Part shown: positions 42,447-52,954 of the stretch, piece after piece | How the letters are laid out: each line of letters starts with the position of its first letter | How positions within the stretch are numbered: position 1 is the stretch's first letter | From: an uncultured Candidatus Saccharibacteria bacterium | GTDB lineage: Bacteria > Patescibacteriota > UBA1384 > XYA2-FULL-43-10 > 1-14-0-10-43-13 | NCBI GenBank assembly: GCA_964419835.1 | Contig: CAYQPT010000002.1 | Location: 6,732-70,731 of the forward strand | Direction: 5' to 3' | Length of the DNA stretch: 64,000 nucleotides | The notes under the pieces: generated by a model | The model's input: only the letters and a program-made list of their open reading frames with translations | What the model was told of the DNA's origin: nothing | Databases searched by the model: none | Program-made: the position numbers and the translations under genes

Positions 42447-45029
42447 ATGAATAAATTTTTAAATTTTTTGAAGCACCCATTCAAAAAAAACTTTCGCAAT
42501 ATTATCCCATCTAAAAAATTGAAGAAATTCAGCTGGAAACGGTTTTCTTCATATTTTCTCTATGCCGCCGTTGGTCTTATTTTTATTATCGCGCTCTCCT
42601 TTGCATGGTTTGCTAAAGATTTACCTACCCCCGGCAAAATTGCCAACCGAAAGGCAACAGAATCAACCAAACTTTATGACAGAACCGGTAAAATTTTGCT
42701 CTATGAAACCGGAGATGAAAAAAGAACAATAGTTACAACTGATCAACTGCCTCAGAACCTAAAAGAAGCCACGGTAGCAGTTGAGGACGCAAATTTTTAT
42801 CGCAACCATGGCTTTGAAACAAGATCAATAGTTAGATCTGTATTCAATAAATTAACTGGAAAAACGGCCAACATCCAAGGCACGTCCACTATAACTCAAC
42901 AATATGTCAAAAACGCCCTCCTAACTTCTGACCGTTCGATTATCAGAAAAATAAAAGAGCTCATTCTTTCCATTGAATTAGAGTTTATGTACAAAAAGGA
43001 AGACATACTAACAATGTACTTAAACGAAATTCCATATGGCAACTCTACGGCCGGTGCTGAAGCCGCCGCAAAAATGTATTATGGTAAACCAGCCAAAGAC
43101 TTAACTTTAGCACAAGCCGCAACTTTAGCTGCTATTCCACAAGCGCCAACTTATTTCTCTCCTTATGGCACACACACAGATAAATTGATTAACAGACGAA
43201 ATTATGTCCTAGACCGCATGGTCACAACGGGAAAAATATCAAAAGAAGATGCTGAAAACGCCAAGAAAGAAGACACTATCACATTGGGACAAGCGTTAAA
43301 ACCGAGAAAAGATGCCATTTTAGCACCTCATTTCGCCATGTATGTGCTCGAGCGTGTTGCCCAACAATTCGGGGAAGACAAAGTTCAAAAAGAAGGATTG
43401 AAAATCATTACAACGCTCGACTATGAAAAGCAAAAAGCCGCTGAAGAATCTGTCGCTTCCGGTGTAAAGAAAATCAACCAGTACGGAGCAAGCAACGCCG
43501 GCCTCGTTGCCACCGATCCAAAAACAGGACAAATCCTTGCTATGGTCGGATCAATTGACTATTTTAATACCGAAATTGACGGCAATGTTAACATTACCGA
43601 TTCACTAAGACAGCCAGGTTCATCCTTCAAGCCGTTTACTTATGCTACTGCTTTTAAAAGACCTGAATTCTCCCCTTCCAGAATTCTATTTGACTATCAA
43701 ACCGACTTCGGCGGCGGATATGTTCCAAAGAACTACGACGGATCATTTCGTGGACCATTAACAATGAGACAATGTCTGGATAACTCTTTAAACATCCCTG
43801 CCGTTAAAACAATGTCTTTGGTCGGGATGGACAATGTTATTAAAACGGCGCAGGATATGGGCATTTCCTCCCTAAATCAGAGAGATCGCTATGGATTGTC
43901 CCTAGCTCTTGGAGTTGCCGAAGTGAAGCCGGTTGAGATGGCCGGCGCATTCGGCGTATTTGCCAATGGGGGCCTCAAACAAGACGTTAGAAGTGTTATA
44001 AAAATCACCGACGCCAAGGGAAAGGTTCATTACGATTTTGATCAGAAAAAACCAACCGGCCAACAAGTGCTAGATCCCCAGGTTGCCTATGAGATGGCGC
44101 ATGTTTTAAGTGATAACAACGCCAGAACTATGGTATTTGGAGCCCGTTCACAACTTTATTTTCCAGGACGGCTTGTTGGAGCCAAGACAGGTACCACTTC
44201 AGATAACAAGGATGCTTGGACTGTTGGTTTCACCCCCTCTATCTCGGTTGCGGTTTGGGTTGGAAACAATAATGGAAAAATAATGAAAGGGGGCGCCGAC
44301 GGTTCAGTTGTAGCAGCCCCAATGTTTCATACCTTCATTGAAAAGGCACTGGCTGGCACACCGGCAGAAGAATTTACCAAACCAGACGGAATACAGACCT
44401 TAACCGTTGCCAAATATACAAATAAATTACCCGGGGATGCAACAAGGGAAACAACAACTGACATTTTTGCCACATGGCAGATTCCAACCGAAAAAGATGA
44501 TACCTCTATCACCGTTAAAGTTTGCAAATCAAACGGAAAACTAGCTCCAGCCGATATGCCAGCCAATCTAACCGAAGATAAAACCTTTTCCGGTGGAGTT
44601 CATTCGGAGCGGCCAGATAATCCAAGCTGGGAAAATCCGGTCCGCGCCTGGGCTGAAGCTAATGGCTATGGATCCTCCTCGCCGCCAACGGAATACTGTT
44701 CCGTTAGTGATTTAGCGCCAACCGTTGAAATAGTTAGCCCAATAAACGGAGCATCTGTTTCTGGTAATACTGAGATCACCACCTCCTATACTTCTGTCGC
44801 CAATATAATATCAGTGGAATTTTTCATTGATGATGTATCAATCGGCAGTATTACTTCGGCACCATTTACAAAAACATATGACTTTACCACTGCGGGAAGC
44901 CACAAAATTTCTGTCATAGCGACAGATGAAAATGGTTCAACTGCGAGAAAAGATATTATAGTAACGAAGGCCTCAACCCCTCCGCCCGCTAACAGCAATG
45001 CAAACGCCAATACTAATGGTGCACACTAA
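42447..45029 (+). CDS. bifunctional class A penicillin-binding protein (glycosyltransferase + transpeptidase), start corrected
   Basis: The RBS AGGAGGTGG is 7 nt before the ATG at 42447. GT51 motifs (EDANFYRNHGFE; RKIKELILSIELE). Transpeptidase SxxK (GSSFKPF), SxN and KTG (AKTGTT). An Ig-like C-terminal extension ends in low-complexity PPPANSNANANTNGAH. Confidence 0.85.
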   Translation: MNKFLNFLKHPFKKNFRNIIPSKKLKKFSWKRFSSYFLYAAVGLIFIIALSFAWFAKDLPTPGKIANRKATESTKLYDRTGKILLYETGDEKRTIVTTDQLPQNLKEATVAVEDANFYRNHGFETRSIVRSVFNKLTGKTANIQGTSTITQQYVKNALLTSDRSIIRKIKELILSIELEFMYKKEDILTMYLNEIPYGNSTAGAEAAAKMYYGKPAKDLTLAQAATLAAIPQAPTYFSPYGTHTDKLINRRNYVLDRMVTTGKISKEDAENAKKEDTITLGQALKPRKDAILAPHFAMYVLERVAQQFGEDKVQKEGLKIITTLDYEKQKAAEESVASGVKKINQYGASNAGLVATDPKTGQILAMVGSIDYFNTEIDGNVNITDSLRQPGSSFKPFTYATAFKRPEFSPSRILFDYQTDFGGGYVPKNYDGSFRGPLTMRQCLDNSLNIPAVKTMSLVGMDNVIKTAQDMGISSLNQRDRYGLSLALGVAEVKPVEMAGAFGVFANGGLKQDVRSVIKITDAKGKVHYDFDQKKPTGQQVLDPQVAYEMAHVLSDNNARTMVFGARSQLYFPGRLVGAKTGTTSDNKDAWTVGFTPSISVAVWVGNNNGKIMKGGADGSVVAAPMFHTFIEKALAGTPAEEFTKPDGIQTLTVAKYTNKLPGDATRETTTDIFATWQIPTEKDDTSITVKVCKSNGKLAPADMPANLTEDKTFSGGVHSERPDNPSWENPVRAWAEANGYGSSSPPTEYCSVSDLAPTVEIVSPINGASVSGNTEITTSYTSVANIISVEFFIDDVSIGSITSAPFTKTYDFTTAGSHKISVIATDENGSTARKDIIVTKASTPPPANSNANANTNGAH

Positions 45030-46309
45030 CTGAACAAATTAAGAAGTTCGTTTATATTTCTAAAATTTTCTGCCGTTTTATAACCCAACGAAGTGGATTC
45101 CTTTTCCCGTTCCTTTGACCTTGTTACTTTTCTTATTTCTCCCGAAAGGCCAACCTCACCAAAAAGACATAAATTTTTGGAAAGTGGCTTGTTTTTGTAG
45201 GAAGATATTATGGCAGCGCAGACAGCCAGATCAATTGCCGGTTCAGAAAGCTTCATCCCACCTACAATATTGATGTAGATATCATAATTGCCCAAGTTGA
45301 CCGGAGTCTTTTTACTAATGACAGCAGAAAGCAGGTTCAATCGGTTCAAATCAAAACCGGAACTTGTTCTTTTTGGATAGCCAAAATGTGTCGGAATAAC
45401 AAGTGCCTGAACTTCTACCAAGATGGGTCTGGTTCCCTCCACTGTGGCAGTTACTACACTCCCAGCTGCACTTTGTGTTTCCGCCAAAAATAGTTCAGAA
45501 GGATTTTTTATTTCAATAAGACCTTTTTCCTGAATTGAAAAAATACCGACCTCATTGGTTGCCCCAAAACGGTTTTTTACACCACGCAATATTCTGGCGT
45601 CATGGAACCTCTCCCCTTCCAAATAAAGAACCGCGTCAACTAAATGCTCAAGCGTTCTTGGGCCTGCAAGAGAACCTTCTTTTGTAACATGTCCGACAAT
45701 AACAATCGAAATGCCCGTTCTTTTAGCTAACCGTTGCAGGAATATTCCACATTCTCTAACCTGCACCATTGATCCAGGGGTGGAAGGATATTCCGATAAA
45801 TAAACGGTTTGGATCGAATCAATAATGACTAAATTTGGTTTGTTTTTTAAGATTTCTTTTTCGATTGAAAGCAAATCTCCGTCAGCGATTAACTTTAATC
45901 CAGAGGGATTTAGTTTTAGCCGGTCAGCTCTGCCTTTTATTTGACCAAGGGACTCTTCGGCTGATACATAAAAACAATTTTTTATGGTGTCGCAAATTTG
46001 AAGCAACAATGTTGATTTGCCGATCCCCGGCTCACCGCCTACAAGGATCAAAGACCCAGGAACAATACCTCCGCCAAGAACACGATCAAATTCCCCTATT
46101 CCTGTTTTCATACGCTCGTTTTTTCCAATTGAAATATCGGACAAATTTGAAACTTCAACATCTTTAACATTTTTAGAACTAGTGCTTCCCTCTGGCACAG
46201 TGATTTCTTTTAAAGAATTCCACTCGCCGCAAATAGTACAACGCCCTGACCACTGAGTAAAGTCATTACCACAATTTTCACATAAATATACTTTGTTAGC
46301 TTTTTTCAT
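45026..46309 (-). CDS. radA: DNA repair protein RadA/Sms
   Basis: N-terminal C4 zinc finger (CENCG...CTICGEW). RecA-like Walker A GGEPGIGKSTLLLQ. A Lon-protease-like C-terminal domain. Confidence 0.85.
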   Translation of the reverse strand: MKKANKVYLCENCGNDFTQWSGRCTICGEWNSLKEITVPEGSTSSKNVKDVEVSNLSDISIGKNERMKTGIGEFDRVLGGGIVPGSLILVGGEPGIGKSTLLLQICDTIKNCFYVSAEESLGQIKGRADRLKLNPSGLKLIADGDLLSIEKEILKNKPNLVIIDSIQTVYLSEYPSTPGSMVQVRECGIFLQRLAKRTGISIVIVGHVTKEGSLAGPRTLEHLVDAVLYLEGERFHDARILRGVKNRFGATNEVGIFSIQEKGLIEIKNPSELFLAETQSAAGSVVTATVEGTRPILVEVQALVIPTHFGYPKRTSSGFDLNRLNLLSAVISKKTPVNLGNYDIYINIVGGMKLSEPAIDLAVCAAIISSYKNKPLSKNLCLFGEVGLSGEIRKVTRSKEREKESTSLGYKTAENFRNINELLNLFS

Positions 46310-47974
46310 TTAAATTTCACAGGGCTTAAAATCGACCAGTTTAAGGTCAAGGTTGCTTTCGCCTTTCCAATTATTGATATCTATAGTAAAAGCCAGGTCA
46401 TACAAAATATTACTTTTTATTTCTTTTATGCTACTTGAGTCAGTGAAGTTAAAACAAACCGTTCTAAATATTCTGTCGCCATATTTAATTTGAGCAGACA
46501 TGTGCTTTTGGGTTGATCCAATTAAACGCGGAGAAACGATCTCAGCATTTTTTACCATAAAAACCGGTCTCGCGTTCCCCATTCCAAACGGCTCAAATTG
46601 TGATATTTTATCACACAAACTTGTTTTTAATTCATTTGGTTTTATTTCGGCGTCAACTTTTATTTTTTTGACCAAATTTTCCGGCTTAATAAAATTGTTG
46701 GCGAAGTCGACAACAAATTTAAAAAACTTTTCAAAGTTTGTAACCGAGAGTCCGGCTGCTCCTTTGTGTCCCCCGAATTTTTTAATATAATCTTTTGCTT
46801 TTTCAAAAATCTCAACTATATTCACACCTTCAACACTTCTGGCGCTTCCAATATAAATGTCATTGTCTTTTGCAAATAAGATTACTGGGCGAGAGTATTT
46901 TTCAACCAAATGGCTGGCAGATGGACCAATCACTCCCTTAAGCCAATCGCCTGCTACAATGATAATATTGTTTTTATAGAGTTCTTTTTTTTCAATTTTC
47001 TCTATCGCAGATTTTTCGACAGTGTTCATGGCGCGTTGGCGGTCCTCATTTTTCTCGTTCAGCCACATCGCCAGCTCTACAGCTTCGTCTTTATCCTCTG
47101 TGATTAAAAGTTCATACGATTTGGTAGCATGATCAATCCGGCCGGGGGCATTTATCCGCGGAGCAATTTTAAACCCAACGGTATAAGCGTTTATATCTTC
47201 TTTTTTAATACCGGCTATTTTAATAAGTTCTCGCAAACCAATATTTCGGGATATTTTCATAATAATTAAACCGTAATGAGCCAATACCCTATTTTCTCCG
47301 ATCAAGGGCACCACATCTGCAATAGTGGAAATTGCCACCAAATCCAAGTTCGACTTTAAAAATTCTGTGTCAATTTCTTTGGGAAATTCTTTGCCTAACG
47401 CTTGCGCCAGCTTATAAACAACTCCGCACCCGCAAAGTTCCTTGAATGGGTACTTATTTCCCTTAATTTTGGGGTTGATAACAGAGAGCGCATTTGGAAT
47501 TTCTTCCGCCGGAATGTGGTGATCAGTGATAATTAAATCGATATTTTTTTCTTTGCAATATTTTGCTTCAACAAAGTTTCTAATTCCCAAATCGGCCGTA
47601 ATGATCAAACTGCATTTTTTGGAGATTAAAATATCGATCCCCGATTTTGACAGACCATAACCAGATTCCCTGTTTGGAATATAGACATGCGATTTAAGAC
47701 CGATTGCCTTTAATGTCTTATATAGTAAGGCGGCAGCCGGAATTCCATCAGCATCATAATCAGCAAAAATACCAACCGTTTCTTTTTTTTCAACTGCCAG
47801 CTTGATTCGCTCGACTGCTTTTTTCATTCCCTTTAGCAAATATGGATCGGGTAAATCCTTTCCAAAATCAGGATTAAAAAATGACTCTTTTTCAGCGGGA
47901 TCAATCCCTCGGTTAAAAAGAAGCTGGTCAATTAGATCGTCATATTTTCTTGGTTGTATTTTCCACTCTGCCAT
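46310..47974 (-). CDS. recJ: single-stranded-DNA-specific exonuclease RecJ
   Basis: DHH motifs (IFADYDADG; ITDHH). DHHA1 GGHKGAAG. A C-terminal OB-like domain. Confidence 0.85.
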   Translation of the reverse strand: MAEWKIQPRKYDDLIDQLLFNRGIDPAEKESFFNPDFGKDLPDPYLLKGMKKAVERIKLAVEKKETVGIFADYDADGIPAAALLYKTLKAIGLKSHVYIPNRESGYGLSKSGIDILISKKCSLIITADLGIRNFVEAKYCKEKNIDLIITDHHIPAEEIPNALSVINPKIKGNKYPFKELCGCGVVYKLAQALGKEFPKEIDTEFLKSNLDLVAISTIADVVPLIGENRVLAHYGLIIMKISRNIGLRELIKIAGIKKEDINAYTVGFKIAPRINAPGRIDHATKSYELLITEDKDEAVELAMWLNEKNEDRQRAMNTVEKSAIEKIEKKELYKNNIIIVAGDWLKGVIGPSASHLVEKYSRPVILFAKDNDIYIGSARSVEGVNIVEIFEKAKDYIKKFGGHKGAAGLSVTNFEKFFKFVVDFANNFIKPENLVKKIKVDAEIKPNELKTSLCDKISQFEPFGMGNARPVFMVKNAEIVSPRLIGSTQKHMSAQIKYGDRIFRTVCFNFTDSSSIKEIKSNILYDLAFTIDINNWKGESNLDLKLVDFKPCEI

Positions 47975-47998
47975 ATGCCCATAATAGCAGAAGGATTA

Positions 47999-48580
47999 TC
48001 AATTCACCAAACAATTAACACCGAATTTTTTAAGATCTTTTGCTAAAGATTGTAAGGGCAATCCGACAACATTATCATAATCACCATCGATTCTATTGAT
48101 TAGCTTTCTGCCTAGCCCATTTATTGAATAAGATCCCACTCTATCAATCGGCTCGCCGGTTGCAACATATTCATCAATTTCATTCTCTAATAATTTATTA
48201 AAATAAACTTTGGTCTCTACTGCGTTAGTTAACTTCTTACCGTTTTTGGTATCCAAAATTGCATAGCCGGTAAAAACAGAGTGAGATTTTCCGCTTAAAC
48301 TTTTTAACATTTCTTTTGCTCTAACTTTGTCCCCTGGTTTTCCGAGTACCTTGCCTTGAAATGATATTAGAGTGTCCGCTCCAATAATTATTGCATCCTT
48401 GTATTTAAACGCAATATCTTTAGCTTTTTCTTCTGATAAATATTTAACCAGATCTTCAGGTTTTAAATCCAATGTCATATCCTCTTCGTAATTACTGGTT
48501 TCAACCCGAAAAGGAATATTTGCTCGTTTTAATATTTCTTTGCGTCTGGGCGAACTTGACGCTAAAATTATCTTTCTCAT
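47999..48580 (-). CDS. maf: Maf-like nucleoside triphosphate pyrophosphatase
   Basis: 193 aa. N-terminal IILASSSPRRKEIL and the conserved GADT..., fitting the Maf family. Confidence 0.8.
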   Translation of the reverse strand: MRKIILASSSPRRKEILKRANIPFRVETSNYEEDMTLDLKPEDLVKYLSEEKAKDIAFKYKDAIIIGADTLISFQGKVLGKPGDKVRAKEMLKSLSGKSHSVFTGYAILDTKNGKKLTNAVETKVYFNKLLENEIDEYVATGEPIDRVGSYSINGLGRKLINRIDGDYDNVVGLPLQSLAKDLKKFGVNCLVN

Positions 48581-48891
48581 TTCTCACTTTCTGATCCAGC
48601 AGAGCCGTTTTTTAATCTTCTCTTATATTTTTCCAAAGCATGATCGAGTGCTTCTTCTAGGTCAATGTTTAAGGTGTTAGCAACTAAAATTAAAGAATAA
48701 AATGAATCGCCCAACTCGTCCTTTAGCTCTGGAGTATATTTTAATTGTTTCCTGCCATCGTCAGTGCTCTTTAAAACTTCTTTTGACACTTCTCCAATTT
48801 CAGAGACCAAGTCGAGCAAAACATATTCGGTTATATTTTTAAAACCATTTTCTTCGCAAAACTTTTCAACTTTTTCTTGTAATTTTTTCAT
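48577..48891 (-). CDS. small MazG-like nucleotide pyrophosphohydrolase domain protein
   Basis: 104 aa. The EIGEVSKEV ... ELGDSFYSLILVAN motifs match the MazG-type all-alpha NTP-PPase (EExxE/D). Confidence 0.55.
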   Translation of the reverse strand: MKKLQEKVEKFCEENGFKNITEYVLLDLVSEIGEVSKEVLKSTDDGRKQLKYTPELKDELGDSFYSLILVANTLNIDLEEALDHALEKYKRRLKNGSAGSESEK

Positions 48892-49445
48892 AATTTTATT
48901 TCCTCTGCTATTTTGTCATAGTTCTGCTCCGTAGAGTCAAAAATTATCTTTGGTAAACTGGAACTTTCTAAATGCTCCAACAATTTTCTCTGTGTGCCTA
49001 TATAATGCTGATTAATTTCTTTCTTTGAACCATGGGTAGCGAGATGAGATCGCCATGCCGAATCACGATGCTTTGCGGCGTTTGCAATTCTTTCAGGGAT
49101 CTCTTTCTCGTCTATTTTCAGAAATACAATTGTCGGATTATGCTGTAATAATATTTTTTCTAGCTCTTTATATTTTTCAACCGTACTATTAGAAATAGCC
49201 ATGGCGGTCAAATGCAATCTATCAAATATCACAACATCATATTCTTCGCTAAAAACATCTTTTACCAGCTTTGTCAGATGATCCAAAAATATTTCCGGCT
49301 CAAACTTACCAAGAACGGGCATCAGAGTCTGACCTTCATCAACCAATTTACAGTTGAGGTTTTTTTTCGCACAAATATTAGCCAATTTATTGGCTAAAGT
49401 CGTTTTACCGCTTGCAGATGTTCCCTCTAGAATTATTATTTTCAT
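48888..49445 (-). CDS. P-loop NTPase, putative (deoxy)nucleoside/nucleotide kinase-like
   Basis: Walker A GTSASGKTT at the N-terminus. 185 aa. It forms an overlapping operon with the maf and MazG-like genes. Confidence 0.45.
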   Translation of the reverse strand: MKIIILEGTSASGKTTLANKLANICAKKNLNCKLVDEGQTLMPVLGKFEPEIFLDHLTKLVKDVFSEEYDVVIFDRLHLTAMAISNSTVEKYKELEKILLQHNPTIVFLKIDEKEIPERIANAAKHRDSAWRSHLATHGSKKEINQHYIGTQRKLLEHLESSSLPKIIFDSTEQNYDKIAEEIKL

Positions 49446-49536
49446 TCTACTCTTACTCTACTCGTCGTAATTCCATTTTTCAACCAAAAAAAGACCGCCC
49501 AAACAGTCTTTCGTTAAAATAAATATTTCGGCTAAG

Positions 49537-49875
49537 CTAAGCCGGTTTTTCTTCAAGCTTGGTTACTCTCACATCAAGGTTTTTAACATCTATCCGGTGA
49601 GCCAAAATAATATTATCCAAGGTTTCTATAATTTCTTTCTGACCTTTTTCAATCCTAAGTATTTTTGATTCTAGACCATCAAAGCGTGTATCCGCTCGTT
49701 CAAACTTTTCGTCAATTTTATCAAACTTTTCGTCAATTTTTCTAAAATTGCCGTCAATTCTGGAAAATTCTTTTTGAATCATCATTCCAAGATCGTCAAT
49801 TGTAATTCCGGATTTTTTCATAGTGTTATTATTATATTCTGTTCTCGAATTTTGTGTCAAACCGGACTTATCCAC
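49537..49875 (-). CDS. hypothetical coiled-coil protein
   Basis: 112 aa, with repeated FxKIDEKF heptad-like segments. No known family. Confidence 0.3.
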   Translation of the reverse strand: MDKSGLTQNSRTEYNNNTMKKSGITIDDLGMMIQKEFSRIDGNFRKIDEKFDKIDEKFERADTRFDGLESKILRIEKGQKEIIETLDNIILAHRIDVKNLDVRVTKLEEKPA

Positions 49876-49878
49876 TTT

Positions 49879-50691
49879 CTATTTAAAATACGCCCAGCCG
49901 TCGATGCGAAGGTCTATATATTCCTTAACCGCATCTCTTCGCGCAACCAAAACCATTTTTAAATTATCTAACTGTTTAGAAGAAGAGCGAAGTGAATTTA
50001 ACTTAACATAGAAACCTGCTTCGGTATGAAGGTTGACATCAAAAGTAGTTTCATCAACCTCAAAATATGTCGGCTTAATATTTACCGTATTAAAAAACTG
50101 GCTCTGGATGTTTGTGATAAAGGCAACGAAACTTGCTGAGAGTAAATTTGATCCGACTTGTACTGGAATAGCCCTTTTGTCTACAACTTTAGGCAGATCA
50201 AAAATTTCGTCGGTATTTAATTTCTTCGCAACAGCGCCTTGGGAACTGATCAAATATACCCCATCTCCGCTCTGCCAAAGCATTTTCCCTTCGTGCTCCA
50301 AAACAACTATTTTTACTGCATTTGGGATGCCGCGATAAATTTCAATATTTTTTATTTCCGGATTTTCTTTAAAAATCTGTTTTTTTGCGTTGCCCACACT
50401 GAAAAGTAAAATATTTTGTTTCTTTGAAATAACAGAAGATATTTTTTCGGCAGGCACCATTTTATTGCCTTCGACAATTATGTCATTTATCAAAAATTTG
50501 CCCGAGAAAAATAAATAGTAAATAGCTACGCAAAGAACTATTATCCACAACAAAGTTTTAAATGGAAATTTAGGGAGTTTAAATTCTTTTTTTTGCTTAA
50601 TTTCAGCACCCTTAAAAATAGAAGGCCGGCGAAATTTACGATGCCCCCCATAAAGTTGTCTTCTGTAATCTTTTCGAAAATTATTTACCAT
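49879..50691 (-). CDS. ftsQ: cell division protein FtsQ/DivIB-like
   Basis: Basic N-terminus, a single TM (LLWIIVLCVAIYYLFF), and a POTRA-like domain (IIVEGNKMVPAEKIS). It sits in the ftsQ position after murB. Confidence 0.6.
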   Translation of the reverse strand: MVNNFRKDYRRQLYGGHRKFRRPSIFKGAEIKQKKEFKLPKFPFKTLLWIIVLCVAIYYLFFSGKFLINDIIVEGNKMVPAEKISSVISKKQNILLFSVGNAKKQIFKENPEIKNIEIYRGIPNAVKIVVLEHEGKMLWQSGDGVYLISSQGAVAKKLNTDEIFDLPKVVDKRAIPVQVGSNLLSASFVAFITNIQSQFFNTVNIKPTYFEVDETTFDVNLHTEAGFYVKLNSLRSSSKQLDNLKMVLVARRDAVKEYIDLRIDGWAYFK

Positions 50692-51626
50692 TTGCCTATA
50701 TATTCAACTTCCTCTTCAAGTTCTATATTGTATTTGTCCTTAACAAGTTCTTTTGCTTTTTCAGCTAACTGCCGCACATCTTTAGCAGTTGCACCCTTGC
50801 GGTTTACGAGGTAGTTGGCATGCGCTTTAGAGAATGACGCTCCACCGATTTTAAGTTTTTTAGCTCCAGCTTGGTCCAATAAGTAACCAGCCGAATTTTC
50901 CCGATTGGTTGATGGATTCTTAAAGAAACTGCCTGCACTTTTTTCGCCAACTGGCTGGCTTTGTTTCTTTTTTTGAAGGTTTTGCTGCATAAGACCCAGG
51001 ATTTCATCTTTTCTTCTTTTAACTAGCTGTAATTTCACAGTTAAAATCACTGGTTTGGATTTTGATGAGATGAATTCTCTTTTTAATTTGGATGAACGGT
51101 ATTGAAATTCAAACCATGGCGCTTCTTTCTTCACCACCATCATCTTGTCATCTTTCGGCATAAGAAGTATGACTGATTTTACAAAGTCTCCGATTGCGTA
51201 ATTAAATGCTCCGGCATTTCCATAGACCGCTCCGCCAACTGTTCCAGGAACGCCAAATAAAAATTCTAGTCCGCCCAAATCTCTGCCAGCCGCTAAATTG
51301 ATCAATCTGCCAAGCGAAACTCCCGAATCAACAATAACTTGGGAATTATCACCTGAAAAAGCAATATTATTTGAATCATTTTTTATTACCAAACCGGGAA
51401 ATCCTGAATCAGATGGGACAATATTGTTTCCACCACTCAATATGAAATACGGCAACTTCAATTCGTGCACCAGCATTACAACTCTAGCCATTTGATCAAC
51501 ATTTTTTGCTGTATAAAAATAGTCTGCCACGCCACCTACATGAATACTGACATAGTCCCGCAAAACAACATTTTTTCTAAATCCTTCACCCAGCTCTTTC
51601 TCTAATGTTAATTCAAGGTCAGACAT
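50685..51626 (-). CDS. murB: UDP-N-acetylenolpyruvoylglucosamine reductase
   Basis: FAD-binding region HVGGVADYF and LSGGNNIV. A C-terminal MurB domain. Confidence 0.85.
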   Translation of the reverse strand: MSDLELTLEKELGEGFRKNVVLRDYVSIHVGGVADYFYTAKNVDQMARVVMLVHELKLPYFILSGGNNIVPSDSGFPGLVIKNDSNNIAFSGDNSQVIVDSGVSLGRLINLAAGRDLGGLEFLFGVPGTVGGAVYGNAGAFNYAIGDFVKSVILLMPKDDKMMVVKKEAPWFEFQYRSSKLKREFISSKSKPVILTVKLQLVKRRKDEILGLMQQNLQKKKQSQPVGEKSAGSFFKNPSTNRENSAGYLLDQAGAKKLKIGGASFSKAHANYLVNRKGATAKDVRQLAEKAKELVKDKYNIELEEEVEYIGKW

Positions 51627-51659
51627 TATTTTTTATCCCGTGAAATGCAGTAAAACCGC

Positions 51660-52940
51660 CTATTTCAACGGGATCCTTTCTTTAATTTCCGCGAGCTTAT
51701 CGGCAATCTTATAAACAGGTGGAATACCAATGGTCAAAAGGACAGAATCTTTGTCCAATATTTTCTTTAGATAAGTTGTAATTTTTTCATCCGTGTCCAA
51801 TACTTGAGCATTTTTTTTCTTTTGGTTAATCAGATCAACTAAATCGTTGGAGCTTACCTTCAATAACTCATCGCGCCCCGGCACCAAAAAAATCGGTTTT
51901 AAAATTACTTCATCCGCTTTTTTGAACGCTTCAGCAAACTGTTTTAAGAATGGTTTAATTCTTTTATATTGATGTGGCCAGAAAACCACAATTTTCTTCT
52001 TGTCAGAATATTTTTCTGCGAGCGCGCTTAGTGTCGCTTTTATTTCGGTCGGATGATGTCCATAGTCATCAATTAAGTCCGCACCATTAAAACTTCCCTT
52101 AAACTCAAATCTTCTTCGTGCGCCTTTAAATTTTTGGAGCGCTTTTTTGGTTATCTCTCGATCAACACCAAGAAGATCACCAAGCGCAACCACAGCCAAA
52201 GCGTTGGCAATATTATGATTTCCGGGAACAGAAAGTGTGAAATTTAATTTGTTATATTTCTCCGATAAAGAACCATAAAACATTACTTTTGCCTTAGTCT
52301 TACATTTCGATAACACATCCTTAATATTTTCATCGTCTGCAGAAGCTATGATTGTTCCGTCATCCGGAACATGATCAATGTACTGAATGAACGCTTCCTT
52401 TATCTCTGGAAGTCCACCGGGGTAGGTGTCTAGATGCTCCTCTTCAATATTTGTCAATATTAGAATCTTAGGATAAAAATCCAAAAATGCTCTATCGTAT
52501 TCACATGCTTCCATCACGAACCAATCTGACTTACCTACTCTCAAAACTCCACCAAAATCTTCTAATTCTTCACCAATTAGCACGGTTGGGTCAAGTCCAC
52601 CAGCCACAAGCGCTAGACCAGCCATAGATGTAACCGTAGTTTTTCCATGCATTCCTGAAATTGCAATAACTTTTTTATCCTTGGTTATTTCACGAAGTAA
52701 CTCTGACCTTTTCACAACTTTTATTCCAAGTTTTTCTGCCGCCTCTACCTCTACCCACCCTTCCGAACCCGGACTGACAGCCGAAGTTCTTACGACTATG
52801 TCAATGTCGCTTGTAATATTTTCTGCTTTGTGACCGCTTGTTTTTAAATCAGAACCAAAAACAGTCTCGCCTTTTGACTCGAGATATTGTTTAATTCCCC
52901 GCATTGACACGCCTTGATCACCAATCAGGTAATATTTCAT
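51660..52940 (-). CDS. murC: UDP-N-acetylmuramate--L-alanine ligase
   Basis: MRGIKQYLESKGETVFGSD N-terminal domain. Mur ligase P-loop GMHGKTTVTSM. Confidence 0.85.
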   Translation of the reverse strand: MKYYLIGDQGVSMRGIKQYLESKGETVFGSDLKTSGHKAENITSDIDIVVRTSAVSPGSEGWVEVEAAEKLGIKVVKRSELLREITKDKKVIAISGMHGKTTVTSMAGLALVAGGLDPTVLIGEELEDFGGVLRVGKSDWFVMEACEYDRAFLDFYPKILILTNIEEEHLDTYPGGLPEIKEAFIQYIDHVPDDGTIIASADDENIKDVLSKCKTKAKVMFYGSLSEKYNKLNFTLSVPGNHNIANALAVVALGDLLGVDREITKKALQKFKGARRRFEFKGSFNGADLIDDYGHHPTEIKATLSALAEKYSDKKKIVVFWPHQYKRIKPFLKQFAEAFKKADEVILKPIFLVPGRDELLKVSSNDLVDLINQKKKNAQVLDTDEKITTYLKKILDKDSVLLTIGIPPVYKIADKLAEIKERIPLK

Positions 52941-52954
52941 ACTTCCTCACACTC